Source of the DNA: Bdellovibrionota bacterium
Lineage (GTDB): Bacteria > Bdellovibrionota > UBA2428
Direction: 5' to 3'
Assembly (NCBI GenBank): GCA_964202055.1
Contig: CAXNGS010000004.1
Span: forward strand, 67,071 to 131,070
Length of the DNA stretch: 64,000 nucleotides
Of the stretch, positions 54,760 to 64,000 are shown in pieces (the stretch's first letter is position 1; every line of letters begins with the position of its first letter). The notes beneath the pieces are model-generated. The model had not been told where the DNA came from, made no database searches, and saw only the letters and a list, made by a program, of their open reading frames with translations. The position numbers were made by a program, and so were the translations under genes.

Positions 54760-54819
54760 TCCCTGGTCAGCGATACAGAATCGCTGTCGTGCCAGAGGGT
54801 GCGACCGCGAGAAAAGGAG

Positions 54820-57800
54820 ATGGGATTGAAAAAAACACTTCCGTTCAAAAACGTAATGGTTCTTGGAAGTGGTCCCATTGTTATCGGCCAGGCTTGCGAG
54901 TTTGATTACTCCGGCACTCAGGCCTGTCGCGCGCTTAAGGAAGAAGGCCTCAAAGTCATTCTCCTTAATTCCAATCCGGCGACGATCATGACCGATCCGA
55001 CAACGGCCGATCGAATTTATATTGAACCGCTCGATCCCGAAACAGCACTGAAAATCATTCGCATCGAAGGCGTCGAAGCGATCTTGCCCACCATGGGCGG
55101 CCAGACCGCGCTGAATTTAATCACCGCGCTTTCGAAAATTCCGCACGCACTCGACGGCATTCATGTCATCGGTGCTAATTTAAAATCGATTCACTTGGCC
55201 GAAGACCGCCGGGCTTTTCGCGAAGTATTGATGTCGATGAATCTCGACAGCCCTCGCTCCCAAACCATTCGTTCAATCGAAGAAGGCCGGGCCTTCATCA
55301 CTCAAGTTGGATTCCCGGTGATCTTGCGCCCAAGCTTCACGATGGGGGGCACTGGCCAAAGTTTTGTTTTCGGCAACGACGAGATGATCGAAAAAATCAC
55401 GCGCGCAATTTCAGAGAGCCCCGTGGGCGAAGCGCTGATGGAAGAATCAGTGTTGGGTTGGAAAGAATACGAACTCGAAGTGATGCGCGATCGCCAAGAC
55501 AACGCGATCGTGGTTTGTTCCATTGAAAATTTGGACCCGATGGGCGTGCACACTGGTGATTCGGTCACCATCGCTCCGGCTCAAACGCTTACCGACCGTG
55601 AATACCAATCGATGCGCCGAGACGCTTTGGATTTGATACGAAGAATCGGAGTCGAAACCGGAGGCTGTAACGTTCAATTCGCAGTCGACCCAGTGAGCGG
55701 CCGTCGCATCGTCATTGAAATGAATCCACGAGTGTCGCGATCTTCGGCGTTAGCGTCTAAGGCCACCGGCTTTCCGATTGCCTACGTCGCTACCAAATTA
55801 GCCTTGGGTTACACACTTTCTGACATCACCAACACGGTGACTGGCACGACCAAGGCTTGCTTTGAACCCCCTATCGATTACGTGGCGCTGAAAATTCCGC
55901 GCTTTCACTTTGAAAAATTTCCGGGCGCCAAAGATTTACTGGGACCCCAGATGGCCAGCGTCGGCGAAGTTTTGAGTTTTGGCGCCAATTTCGGCGAGGC
56001 TTATCACAAAGCTTTGAATGGCTTGGAGCGAAAGTGGCCGGTTTTTGATCCGGTAGATTCGAAAAACCCAGTCGAAGCCTGGCTCAATGAAAGCGACGAA
56101 CTTTTAAAGAAAGCTCACTCCAAACGCTGTTACGCGGTTTGGGACGCGGTGGCTTCGGGCATGAGCTTGGATGATTTATCCAAAATTACCGGATGGGATC
56201 CGTGGTTCTTACAAAATATGCGTCGCTACCAAACGGACGTGAAACTTGGCCCTCGAGCCACTAAATTTCCAGATGCGGAACCGCGCTTTGAAATGATCGA
56301 CACTTCTTCAGCGGAAACGCGCGCAAAAACTCCCTTCTTTTATTCGACACGGCTGACGATGGGCACCTCGGAATGGGCGCTCAATCGCTATCGAGATTTG
56401 TATGATGTGCCGGCAATCGTTAGTGGCAAAAAAGGTCGCGTGGTGATTTTGGGTTCGGGCCCCAATCGCATCGGCCAAGGAATCGAATTTGATTACTGCT
56501 GCGTTCACTCGTCGAAAGCGCTGATGGATTTAGGCTTTGAAACCATCATGGTTAACTGCAATCCCGAAACGGTCAGCACCGATCCGATCACGTCGACTCG
56601 CTTGTATTTAGAGCCACTTCATTGGGATTCGGTGCACGCAATTTTGAAACGAGAATTGGATCCAGTGAAAAAAGCGGGACTGCCGGCCTATGTCTTGCTG
56701 CAAATGGGTGGGCAAACGCCGCTGAAATTAGCATCCAAAATCGACGCTGCCGGTTACCAAATTTTGGGCAGCTCGACTGCGACCATCGACTTGGGCGAAG
56801 ACCGCAAAGCCTTTGCCGAAATTTTAGATGAACTAAAAATTCCCGCACCCGAAAGCGTCGTGGTCACCAGCCTGGAAGAAGCTCAATCGACCGTTGAAAA
56901 ACTGGGCTTCCCAGTCATGGTTCGGCCATCGTTTGTTTTGGGTGGCGCGGCCATGAAAGTTTGTTCAAACCAAAATGATTTAGTTCATGCTTTTGCGATG
57001 GCCAAGGAAGTTTCTGAAGATCATCCGCTTTACTTAGATAAATTTTTGCCGGACGCGGTCGAGTTCGACATCGACGGTATTTGCGATGGCGAAAAAGCCT
57101 GGATCGGTGGCGTGATGGAACACGTTGAAGAAGCCGGCATCCATAGCGGCGACTCCAGTTGCGTGATCCCACCACTTAGACTTCCCGCTAGCAAAATCGA
57201 CGAAATGGCCGGGCTCGCTAAAAAAATCGCTGTTCGATTAGGTGTGAAGGGCCTCTTCAACATTCAAATGGCAGTTGTCCAAGATCGCGTCTTCGTGTTG
57301 GAAGCTAATCCACGCGCCTCAAGAACCGTGCCCTTCTTAGCCAAGGCGACCGGTTACCCCATGATACGTTGGGCAATTGAATCTTCGCTGGGTAAATCCG
57401 TTAAAGACGTGGTTGCTAGCGAATTGATCCCTGGCAATTACCGATTACCTAGCCACGGTTATGCCGTGAAAACTCCGGTATTTCCCTTCTCGAAATTCCG
57501 CGGCTTCGATCCAGTGCTGGGCCCCGAAATGCGCAGCACCGGCGAAGTGATGGGCATGGACTCAAGCCCCGGAGCGGCCTTTGCCAAGGCCTTTTTTGCG
57601 GCGGGAATTTCGCTGCCCAATTCTGGCCGAGTTTTGATGAGCTTTCGCGATCAAGACAAACACCGCGCCAAAGCGGTCGCGCAAATTTTTGAACTTTTGG
57701 GTTTTGAATTGGTCGGCACTCCGGGCACCGCGGATTATTTGAAGCGCGCCGGAATCCGATGCGCGTCTATTCCGAAAATTGGTCAAGCAGTGTTGGGCGA

Positions 57801-58098
57801 AGATTTGCTGAATGTACTGCAAAACGGCAACATCAAACTGGTGGTCAACACGACCAGCGCGCTGGAATCACTGCGCGACGCGGTCACCATCCGAGGCGCG
57901 GCACTGAGTTTGCGCATTCCGCTGTTGTCGACCATCGAAGCGGCTGAAATGGCCTTGATGGCGATTCAGACCTTGAAACGCGATGGAACGCTGACTCCGC
58001 TTTGCTTGCAGGATTTTTTGAAACAGGTGGATGAGTCCAACGAATCGCTAAGAAGCCCTTCCGCCGCTCAAAAGGCAGGGGTTTTCACTACAAATTGA
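54820..58098 (+). CDS. carB: Carbamoyl-phosphate synthase large subunit
   Basis: VMVLGSGPIVIGQACEFDYSGTQA, two ATP-grasp halves (the second starts VVILGSGPNRIGQGIEFDYC), and an MGS-like C-terminus. Start candidates are ATG 54820, TTG 54826 (best AAGGAG spacing) and GTG 54799. Confidence 0.96.
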   Translation: MGLKKTLPFKNVMVLGSGPIVIGQACEFDYSGTQACRALKEEGLKVILLNSNPATIMTDPTTADRIYIEPLDPETALKIIRIEGVEAILPTMGGQTALNLITALSKIPHALDGIHVIGANLKSIHLAEDRRAFREVLMSMNLDSPRSQTIRSIEEGRAFITQVGFPVILRPSFTMGGTGQSFVFGNDEMIEKITRAISESPVGEALMEESVLGWKEYELEVMRDRQDNAIVVCSIENLDPMGVHTGDSVTIAPAQTLTDREYQSMRRDALDLIRRIGVETGGCNVQFAVDPVSGRRIVIEMNPRVSRSSALASKATGFPIAYVATKLALGYTLSDITNTVTGTTKACFEPPIDYVALKIPRFHFEKFPGAKDLLGPQMASVGEVLSFGANFGEAYHKALNGLERKWPVFDPVDSKNPVEAWLNESDELLKKAHSKRCYAVWDAVASGMSLDDLSKITGWDPWFLQNMRRYQTDVKLGPRATKFPDAEPRFEMIDTSSAETRAKTPFFYSTRLTMGTSEWALNRYRDLYDVPAIVSGKKGRVVILGSGPNRIGQGIEFDYCCVHSSKALMDLGFETIMVNCNPETVSTDPITSTRLYLEPLHWDSVHAILKRELDPVKKAGLPAYVLLQMGGQTPLKLASKIDAAGYQILGSSTATIDLGEDRKAFAEILDELKIPAPESVVVTSLEEAQSTVEKLGFPVMVRPSFVLGGAAMKVCSNQNDLVHAFAMAKEVSEDHPLYLDKFLPDAVEFDIDGICDGEKAWIGGVMEHVEEAGIHSGDSSCVIPPLRLPASKIDEMAGLAKKIAVRLGVKGLFNIQMAVVQDRVFVLEANPRASRTVPFLAKATGYPMIRWAIESSLGKSVKDVVASELIPGNYRLPSHGYAVKTPVFPFSKFRGFDPVLGPEMRSTGEVMGMDSSPGAAFAKAFFAAGISLPNSGRVLMSFRDQDKHRAKAVAQIFELLGFELVGTPGTADYLKRAGIRCASIPKIGQAVLGEDLLNVLQNGNIKLVVNTTSALESLRDAVTIRGAALSLRIPLLSTIEAAEMALMAIQTLKRDGTLTPLCLQDFLKQVDESNESLRSPSAAQKAGVFTTN

Positions 58099-58135
58099 CC
58101 AGCTAGACGAGTTCTGGCAGCCTGGCGCCTTATTT

Positions 58136-58609
58136 ATGATGGATAAAGTCCCAATGACCCTGGATGGCAAAAAAGCCTTGGAAGACGAACTTCGTCATTT
58201 GAAGGCCGTTGAACGTCCTAAAGTGATTGAACAAATTGCGATTGCTCGGGCTCATGGCGACTTATCTGAAAACGCCGACTATTCCGCGGCTCGCGAAAAA
58301 CAAGGTTTCATCGAAGGACGCATTTTAGAAATCGGCGACAAGTTAGCTCGTGCTGATGTGATTGATCCTGCCAGCATTAAAAGCGACAAAGTTGTTTTTG
58401 GCGCGACGGTCACCGTAGTTGACGACAGTGGCAAAGAAATCATTTACCAAATCGTTGGCGAAACCGAAGGCGATTTGACCAAGGGTAAGCTGTCAGTGAA
58501 GGCTCCTTTGGCCCGTGCTCTGATGGGCAAAGTCGAAGGCGACGAAGCCACCTTGCGAACACCCAAGGGTGAATCGATTTATGAAGTCACTAAAATTGAG
58601 TATAAATAG
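58136..58609 (+). CDS. greA: Transcription elongation factor GreA
   Basis: PMTLDGKKALEDELRHLK...AHGDLSENADY...coiled-coil N-domain plus a C-terminal FKBP-like domain, 157 aa. Confidence 0.9.
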   Translation: MMDKVPMTLDGKKALEDELRHLKAVERPKVIEQIAIARAHGDLSENADYSAAREKQGFIEGRILEIGDKLARADVIDPASIKSDKVVFGATVTVVDDSGKEIIYQIVGETEGDLTKGKLSVKAPLARALMGKVEGDEATLRTPKGESIYEVTKIEYK

Positions 58610-58623
58610 GATCCATTGACTCC

Positions 58624-60819
58624 ATGAAATCCGCGGAGACTTCACCGTGGGACATCCCGGTCCAATTCCTCAAAGGAGTTGGCGATAAACTCGGAAAAAT
58701 TTTTGCTAAAGAAGACATTAAAAGTTTATGGGATCTGCTTTTGTTTTTGCCGCGCTCTTACGAAGACCGTCGCAAGCTCGCTAATTTCGCAGACATTCAA
58801 AAAGCTGGCCTGAGTGGTGAATCGGTCATGGGTTTGGGTGTGATCGAGCGCTACGAGAGACGGCCGGGTATGGGGGGCCGAAAATGGCTCGAGGCCTGGT
58901 GCTCAGTGCGCGAACTTGACGACACCGGTCACGCACTCAGCAGCGGCCCTGATTACGTAAAATTAGTTTGGTTTCACGATCCCGGCGGCATGACTCAAAA
59001 ACGTTTTCCGGCGGGCAGCGGAGTTATATTTCGCGGCAAGGTTCAAAACTTCCGTGCCCAATTTCAGATCGTGCATCCGGAATTAAAAAAATCCGATGGC
59101 CCACTCGCCACTTGGGAATTTGGCGGATGGGTTCCAGTTTATCGGGAAATTTCAGGGCTCTCGACCCGAGTCACTCGCCGAATTTTGGCGCTGGCTTTGG
59201 AGCGCGATGAAGTTAAAAAAATTCCTGAAGCTTTGCCGCCTGATCTTTTAAGGCGCTTGAATTTGCCATCGATATACGAGAGCCTAAATGAAATTCATTT
59301 TCCCCGGACTTGGGAGCCCAATCCTCAACATGAATATCAGCCCGAGGGCGCGCATTTGGCCCGCTTGGCATTTGAAGAATTGTTCATGATGGCGCTGACC
59401 ATGCAGATGCGAAAAAATTCATGGAACAGCCGCGAGAATCGAAATTCGCTGAAGCTTCCTAAAATAAACTTCGATGAAAGTTTGCTGGCAGAAAAATCCA
59501 AAGATTTGCCCTTTCAATTAACCGACGATCAAAAAAATGCGTTGAAAGATGTGGCCGCTGATTTTGCTTTCAAAAAAATCGACGCCCCTATGCACCGTTT
59601 GATCCAAGGTGATGTTGGCAGCGGCAAAACCATCGTGGCTTTTCTAGCGGCCTTGGCCGCCATGAAAAACGACTATCAAGCAGCGATGATGGCTCCGACT
59701 GAAATTTTAGCGGATCAGCACTTCAGCAATTTTCAAAAACTTTTTCCAGAAGAGGCCAAGCATTGCTATCTGTTGAAGGGCGCACTAACTGCAAAAACAA
59801 AAAAAACCGTGCGTGAACTTTTAGCCAAGGGCGAAGTTCGATTCATCATTGGCACCCAAGCGTTGTTAACTGAAAGCACCATGTTCAATCGTTTGGGACT
59901 TGTGATCATCGATGAACAACATCGATTCGGTGTTGAGCAGCGATTGGGACTCAGCAAAAATTCCGAAGAGCTTTCGCCACATCTTCTGGTGATGACCGCC
60001 ACTCCGATTCCCAGGTCTTTGGCATTGACCGTTTACGGCGATTTGGATTTGACCGTCATTCGCCAAAAACCAATTGGCCGCCAACCGATCGAAACTTATT
60101 TGATCAAAGATCGAGCGCAGGCCAAGCTTCGCGAGCGCATCAAAGAATTCACCGATGAAGGTCGCCAAGTTTATTTGGTTTACCCTTTGGTTGAAGAGTC
60201 CGAAGAATCCGATTTGAAAGACGTCACATCGGCTTTTCAAGAATGGGATCAATTTTTAGGCAAAGATAAAGCTGCCCTTTTGCACGGTCGGATGAAAAGC
60301 GCTGAAAAAGATCGGGTCTTTCAGGATTTTAGATCGGGAAAAACCAGGGTCTTAATCACCACGACGGTCATCGAGGTCGGCGTTGACGTTCCCAATGCGT
60401 CGGTCATCGTGATTCAACACGCCGAACGTTTCGGGTTGTCGCAACTTCACCAGCTTCGCGGTCGAGTGGGCCGTGGCAGCGTGAAAAGTTTGTGTATTTT
60501 GGTGGGCCCCAATAGTCCGGGGCCCATGGTTTTGGAACGACTCGAAGTGATGGTTCAAAGCGAAGACGGTTTTAGAATTGCGGAAAAGGATTTGGAAATT
60601 CGTGGCCCCGGTGAATTTTTGGGCCGCCGCCAAAGCGGAATGCCCGGGTTTAGAGTGGCTCATATTTTAAGAGATGCCCAACATTTAGAATTGGCGCGCC
60701 AAGAAGCTGAGAGAATTTTGGCGGTGGATCCAAAACTCGAAACTTCGCAAAATCGCGAATTAAAAGAAATGGTTGAGCGGTGGTGGGCCGGGCGTTTGGA
60801 ACTGACATTGAGTGGTTGA
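58624..60819 (+). CDS. recG: ATP-dependent DNA helicase RecG
   Basis: N-terminal wedge domain, helicase motifs GDVGSGKT, DEQHRFG and TATPIPR, and the C-terminal TRG-like region QLRGRVGRG. Confidence 0.92.
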   Translation: MKSAETSPWDIPVQFLKGVGDKLGKIFAKEDIKSLWDLLLFLPRSYEDRRKLANFADIQKAGLSGESVMGLGVIERYERRPGMGGRKWLEAWCSVRELDDTGHALSSGPDYVKLVWFHDPGGMTQKRFPAGSGVIFRGKVQNFRAQFQIVHPELKKSDGPLATWEFGGWVPVYREISGLSTRVTRRILALALERDEVKKIPEALPPDLLRRLNLPSIYESLNEIHFPRTWEPNPQHEYQPEGAHLARLAFEELFMMALTMQMRKNSWNSRENRNSLKLPKINFDESLLAEKSKDLPFQLTDDQKNALKDVAADFAFKKIDAPMHRLIQGDVGSGKTIVAFLAALAAMKNDYQAAMMAPTEILADQHFSNFQKLFPEEAKHCYLLKGALTAKTKKTVRELLAKGEVRFIIGTQALLTESTMFNRLGLVIIDEQHRFGVEQRLGLSKNSEELSPHLLVMTATPIPRSLALTVYGDLDLTVIRQKPIGRQPIETYLIKDRAQAKLRERIKEFTDEGRQVYLVYPLVEESEESDLKDVTSAFQEWDQFLGKDKAALLHGRMKSAEKDRVFQDFRSGKTRVLITTTVIEVGVDVPNASVIVIQHAERFGLSQLHQLRGRVGRGSVKSLCILVGPNSPGPMVLERLEVMVQSEDGFRIAEKDLEIRGPGEFLGRRQSGMPGFRVAHILRDAQHLELARQEAERILAVDPKLETSQNRELKEMVERWWAGRLELTLSG

Positions 60820-60852
60820 AGTTGCCTGGGGCTTGGTTTATCCTTTTAGTCT

Positions 60853-61113
60853 ATGGGTTTTAGCATTTGGCACATTCTCCTTTTCCTCATCATCATTTTG
60901 ATTTTCATGGGACCTTCTAAGATCGAAAAAATGGGCCCCTCCTTGGGCAAGGCTCTGCGTGGATTTAAAAAAGGTCTTTCCGGTGAGGCTGAGAGTGCAG
61001 ATTCTGAAACTAAGATAGTGGAAGATCAAACTCAGAAACTTCAAGCCAAACTGGAAGCTTTAGAAAAAAAGCTAAGTGCGGCGACTAAAAACAAAAGCGA
61101 AGACGACGCTTAA
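60853..61113 (+). CDS. tatA: Twin-arginine translocase subunit TatA/E
   Basis: MGFSIWHILLFLIIILIFMGPSKI..LG..L..FKKG, i.e. the TatA TM, hinge and amphipathic helix. Confidence 0.87.
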   Translation: MGFSIWHILLFLIIILIFMGPSKIEKMGPSLGKALRGFKKGLSGEAESADSETKIVEDQTQKLQAKLEALEKKLSAATKNKSEDDA

Positions 61114-61170
61114 TTTTTAATAAATTTCACTGGCAAGTTTTTAACAAATTTTTCTAATAAGTTTTTTGCT

Positions 61171-62316
61171 TTAACGAGGGCCCGGTCGTTTTTTACTTTC
61201 GAGACCTTTGCGGTTTAATTGTCCGGATGCGCTTTCCACAACCACACTGTCATCTTTAAGCGAATATCGAATTCGATCGCCGTTGATGATTTGCCGGCCA
61301 TCGTTGATCGAAGCCACTTCATTTAAAACAAAGTCTCCGCGGCCTGGAAAATATTCGCCGTATTCACAAGTCGCGATTTTATCGTCGACTCGAATTTCAA
61401 CGGTTTCGGTTAGCAAAATCACTTGCTCGCCATCTCGTTCCAGAGACTGTAGTTTTTCGGCTTTTAGTCTGGCACCGTTGGGCAATTCGGCATAGGCCGA
61501 ACCCAACGCGTAACTTTCTTGAATGTCACCATTTTCATTGAGCTTGAATTGCAGTCCCTTAGCGTGGAATCGGGTGCCGTCACGCATTTCGGCCTTGGAT
61601 TCTTTGGAGTCGGACTCGACTCGCAAACTTTGAATTCCCGGGGAACTCTGAGTTTTGCTCGATGGGGAGGGTGATGGACGGCTGATCGAAACCATGAGCC
61701 GGTCGCCTTCAACTTTGTATTTGATGGATCGCAACTTCACTTCGTTTGAAAAAACTAAAAGTTGGCGATTGGTATCGTAATAAGACGACTGCGATTTGAT
61801 TTTCATAATATCGCCTGGGCCCAATGTTTTTTGGGCAGTGGCGTTGCGGAGAATTTCGTAGCGCCCTTTTTTGATGTCGACTAGCAGGCCGTTGCCTCGG
61901 AGATCAAAAAGTGATTTTTCTTGGCCGTTAAAATTCTGAAAAACTTCTACCGGGTCATCGCTTTGGACGATTCTTTTTTTAGTATCGAAGTCGACCGAGT
62001 CGGTTTTGAAAATTAGATTTTCAGGGGTGGTGACTTGTGCGTTGGCTTCGATTTGTAGACGATTTTCGGCTGACGAATAAAGCGCGCGCGAGCCTTCAAT
62101 GTCGAAGCTGGAATTGTCACGATCGGATCGTATTGACGAACGGGGTAACTCCAAAACATAAAAGTCTTCTTTTCGATAAACGTCGGCTTTTTGCGCGCGC
62201 AGATCAAATTCCTTCTTTTCGTTTCGGCTTTGGACCATAAAAAAACCTTTGATCACCACATCGGACGGCCCGTCCGGGATAAGTAATGCGGCGAGCAAAA
62301 GAATGTTGGGTCTCAT
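61171..62316 (-). CDS. Periplasmic protein with tandem LptC-like and LptA/OstA-like halves (tentative)
   Basis: N-terminal anchor or signal sequence. Two beta-jellyroll-like halves are separated by the linker SRPSPSPSSKTQSSPG. Recurrent strand pattern (..L.G.V.....) as in OstA-type domains. Assignment made by eye only. Confidence 0.4.
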   Translation of the reverse strand: MRPNILLLAALLIPDGPSDVVIKGFFMVQSRNEKKEFDLRAQKADVYRKEDFYVLELPRSSIRSDRDNSSFDIEGSRALYSSAENRLQIEANAQVTTPENLIFKTDSVDFDTKKRIVQSDDPVEVFQNFNGQEKSLFDLRGNGLLVDIKKGRYEILRNATAQKTLGPGDIMKIKSQSSYYDTNRQLLVFSNEVKLRSIKYKVEGDRLMVSISRPSPSPSSKTQSSPGIQSLRVESDSKESKAEMRDGTRFHAKGLQFKLNENGDIQESYALGSAYAELPNGARLKAEKLQSLERDGEQVILLTETVEIRVDDKIATCEYGEYFPGRGDFVLNEVASINDGRQIINGDRIRYSLKDDSVVVESASGQLNRKGLESKKRPGPR

Positions 62317-62377
62317 GGGGCTAAGGAAAGGTTAGAGCCCATTTCAAAAATCCGCAATACACCGTAAACTAGTCTCA

Positions 62378-63985
62378 ATGTTTCTCAGTATTTGTAAGAA
62401 ATTTTGCGCTGTCATTTTGCCAACTGCGATTGTGGTGGGATCAGGGTGGTCGGCCGAGAGCCACGCTGGCCAATGGCCCTTTGATCAACGGCAGATTTTG
62501 TTGGCTCGACCCGAAGGCCAAACTTTTCCCGATGACGTTACAGCCGCTCAAATTATGGATGTCTTCGTTAAGAAGGGTCGGATTCGTTGGGTGACTCGCC
62601 CAGGAGCGATTGGCCAATTAGTGCCCGTTGAAATTCCCAAAGATTTTCCGTGGCGCAGTGGCGATGCCGTTGAAAGTTTAGGCGCTAAATACAAAGTCGA
62701 TGGCATTTTGATGCTTTGGACCAAGGGTTCTGAAATCCAGCTCAATTGGTATTCGACAGCCGATGGTCAGCCTTTATTTTTTGAAACTCTCTACATTCCC
62801 ACTTCGGGCGCAACTGCAGAGCAAGGCGAAAAAAGAAAGCAGCGATTGACCGAATGGTTGCTAGACGTTTGGTCGCGCATTCCTGGTCAAGGCTACGTCG
62901 TTCGTCGTGACATGGAAGCGTTGGAAATCGAGGGCGCCGACAACGAAGGATTTAAAGCTGGCGATAAAATTGAATTGATCCGTTTGGAAACCATGGAGCG
63001 CCATCCGGTTTTGAAAACATTAACCGGAATCACTTCTTCGGCGGTGGGCACCGGCGAAGTTCTCAGCATCGGCAGCCCCTTTTCAAAGGTAAAGCTGACT
63101 TATGAATCCGATTTGGATCCAGTGCGCGAGGGCGATCGTTATCGAATGATTGTTAATAGTCCAAACGGCAACAGCGTTGGCTCGCTTCCGGGCGGCCATT
63201 CAAGCTCAACTCCGGTGGCCAATGATTCGCAGTCGACGGGTTCGTCGCAGCGTCTAGGAGAGGTTCTGGGCATCGACAGTCGTTTCGTCGAATTGTCGGT
63301 GAATTTGGGTTACGGAAAACTTTCACATCTAGAAGTCACCGAGGCCGCTGATGATTTTTTGATCAGCTCAAATGGATATCTCTTGAAACTCCGAGCCGAT
63401 CTTTTAATTTCACGCGATTGGTTTGCCGGTTTTGATTACGGCCAAGGCCTTCATTCATTTTCCACGTTGCCGACTGAATACGGCGAAACTTCTTTGAAAT
63501 CTGGTTTGCAGAGCATGCGAGTTTTTGGGGCTTATCGATGGATCATTGAAGAGGGCCAGGCTTCGCAAGGTTTGGCTTCAACGGAACTGCACTTGAGTGG
63601 TGGTTACGATCGATTGTTGGCCAAAATGGCAGCCAGCTCTTCAGCCGTGGCCCCTTCGCAGAAGGCTTATTCGGGTATTTTTTTGGGCGTTGCTTTAAAA
63701 ATGCCCATCATGGAATCTTTTTCAGCGAAGGCTGAAATCAATCGGGCTTTTGGCACTTCGTTGAGTGAACAAGTAGAAAGTTCTGGAGCGACTTCAAAAA
63801 ACTCACTTTGGAATTACGATTTCACAGTGAATTATTTGCTGGGACCCGAGCGTATTTTGAGTCTTGGACTTCATAACTTTAAAGCCTCGAGCACTTTTTC
63901 AGGAAGTGGGACTCGGACTACTTCGGGAGTTTCGGCTTCGATCAATGGTCTCTACGGCAGCCTTGGATACCAACAGACCTTCTAG
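62378..63985 (+). CDS. Putative outer-membrane protein (N-terminal soluble domains plus C-terminal beta-barrel-like region)
   Basis: Signal peptide ...VVGSGWSAESHA. The C-terminal third has alternating-residue strands and ends ...SLGYQQTF (terminal Phe). Confidence 0.5.
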   Translation: MFLSICKKFCAVILPTAIVVGSGWSAESHAGQWPFDQRQILLARPEGQTFPDDVTAAQIMDVFVKKGRIRWVTRPGAIGQLVPVEIPKDFPWRSGDAVESLGAKYKVDGILMLWTKGSEIQLNWYSTADGQPLFFETLYIPTSGATAEQGEKRKQRLTEWLLDVWSRIPGQGYVVRRDMEALEIEGADNEGFKAGDKIELIRLETMERHPVLKTLTGITSSAVGTGEVLSIGSPFSKVKLTYESDLDPVREGDRYRMIVNSPNGNSVGSLPGGHSSSTPVANDSQSTGSSQRLGEVLGIDSRFVELSVNLGYGKLSHLEVTEAADDFLISSNGYLLKLRADLLISRDWFAGFDYGQGLHSFSTLPTEYGETSLKSGLQSMRVFGAYRWIIEEGQASQGLASTELHLSGGYDRLLAKMAASSSAVAPSQKAYSGIFLGVALKMPIMESFSAKAEINRAFGTSLSEQVESSGATSKNSLWNYDFTVNYLLGPERILSLGLHNFKASSTFSGSGTRTTSGVSASINGLYGSLGYQQTF

Positions 63986-64000
63986 TCCGACAGTTTTAGT

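Overview
The window is a 64-kb chromosomal segment from a Gram-negative bacterium. The envelope genes point that way: OMPs ending in Phe, an LptC/LptA-like protein, TatA, a SPOR protein and an LpoA-like lipoprotein. Protein motifs and gene content loosely suggest a Bdellovibrionota/Oligoflexia-like lineage, but this is inference only because no search was possible.

I support about 70 protein-coding genes. I recognised no rRNA, tRNA, CRISPR array, transposase or integrase.

**Housekeeping content**
- Core genes: eno (3' part), hemW-grpE-dnaK-dnaJ, lon, purU, lepA, pyrB-carA-X-carB, greA, recG, recO, tatA.
- A divergent cbb3-type oxidase locus.
- A menaquinone locus: polyprenyl synthase, menA, ubiE/menG.
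- Sugar-nucleotide genes: ugd, two epimerase/decarboxylases, gmhA, wecB, a PIG-L deacetylase.

**Most interesting observations**
1. A tightly coupled six-gene operon (38038..40516) is led by a Flp-type prepilin and a TadE-like pseudopilin. Four unrecognisable products follow, one of them an untracked 49-aa ORF. No pilus machinery lies in cis.
2. Next to that operon is a sigma-54 activator with no sensor and no DNA-binding domain. Divergent from it is a correctly spaced -24/-12 element in front of a small ribbon-helix-helix gene that overlaps lepA.
3. A 542-aa protein with an export signal ends in a region that looks like a degenerate GGDEF/cyclase palm domain.
4. A perfect 17-bp-arm palindrome sits between a rubrerythrin-like gene and ubiE.
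5. Three split genes all need a single -1 correction at a homopolymer. Two of these sites are in-phase X XXY YYZ heptamers (A AAA AAU and U UUU UUA). The likeliest cause is homopolymer miscalls or pseudogenes. Programmed -1 frameshifting is the less likely but testable alternative.

All functional calls rest on motifs read by eye from the supplied translations. Hand-derived coordinates were anchored to ORF-track coordinates.
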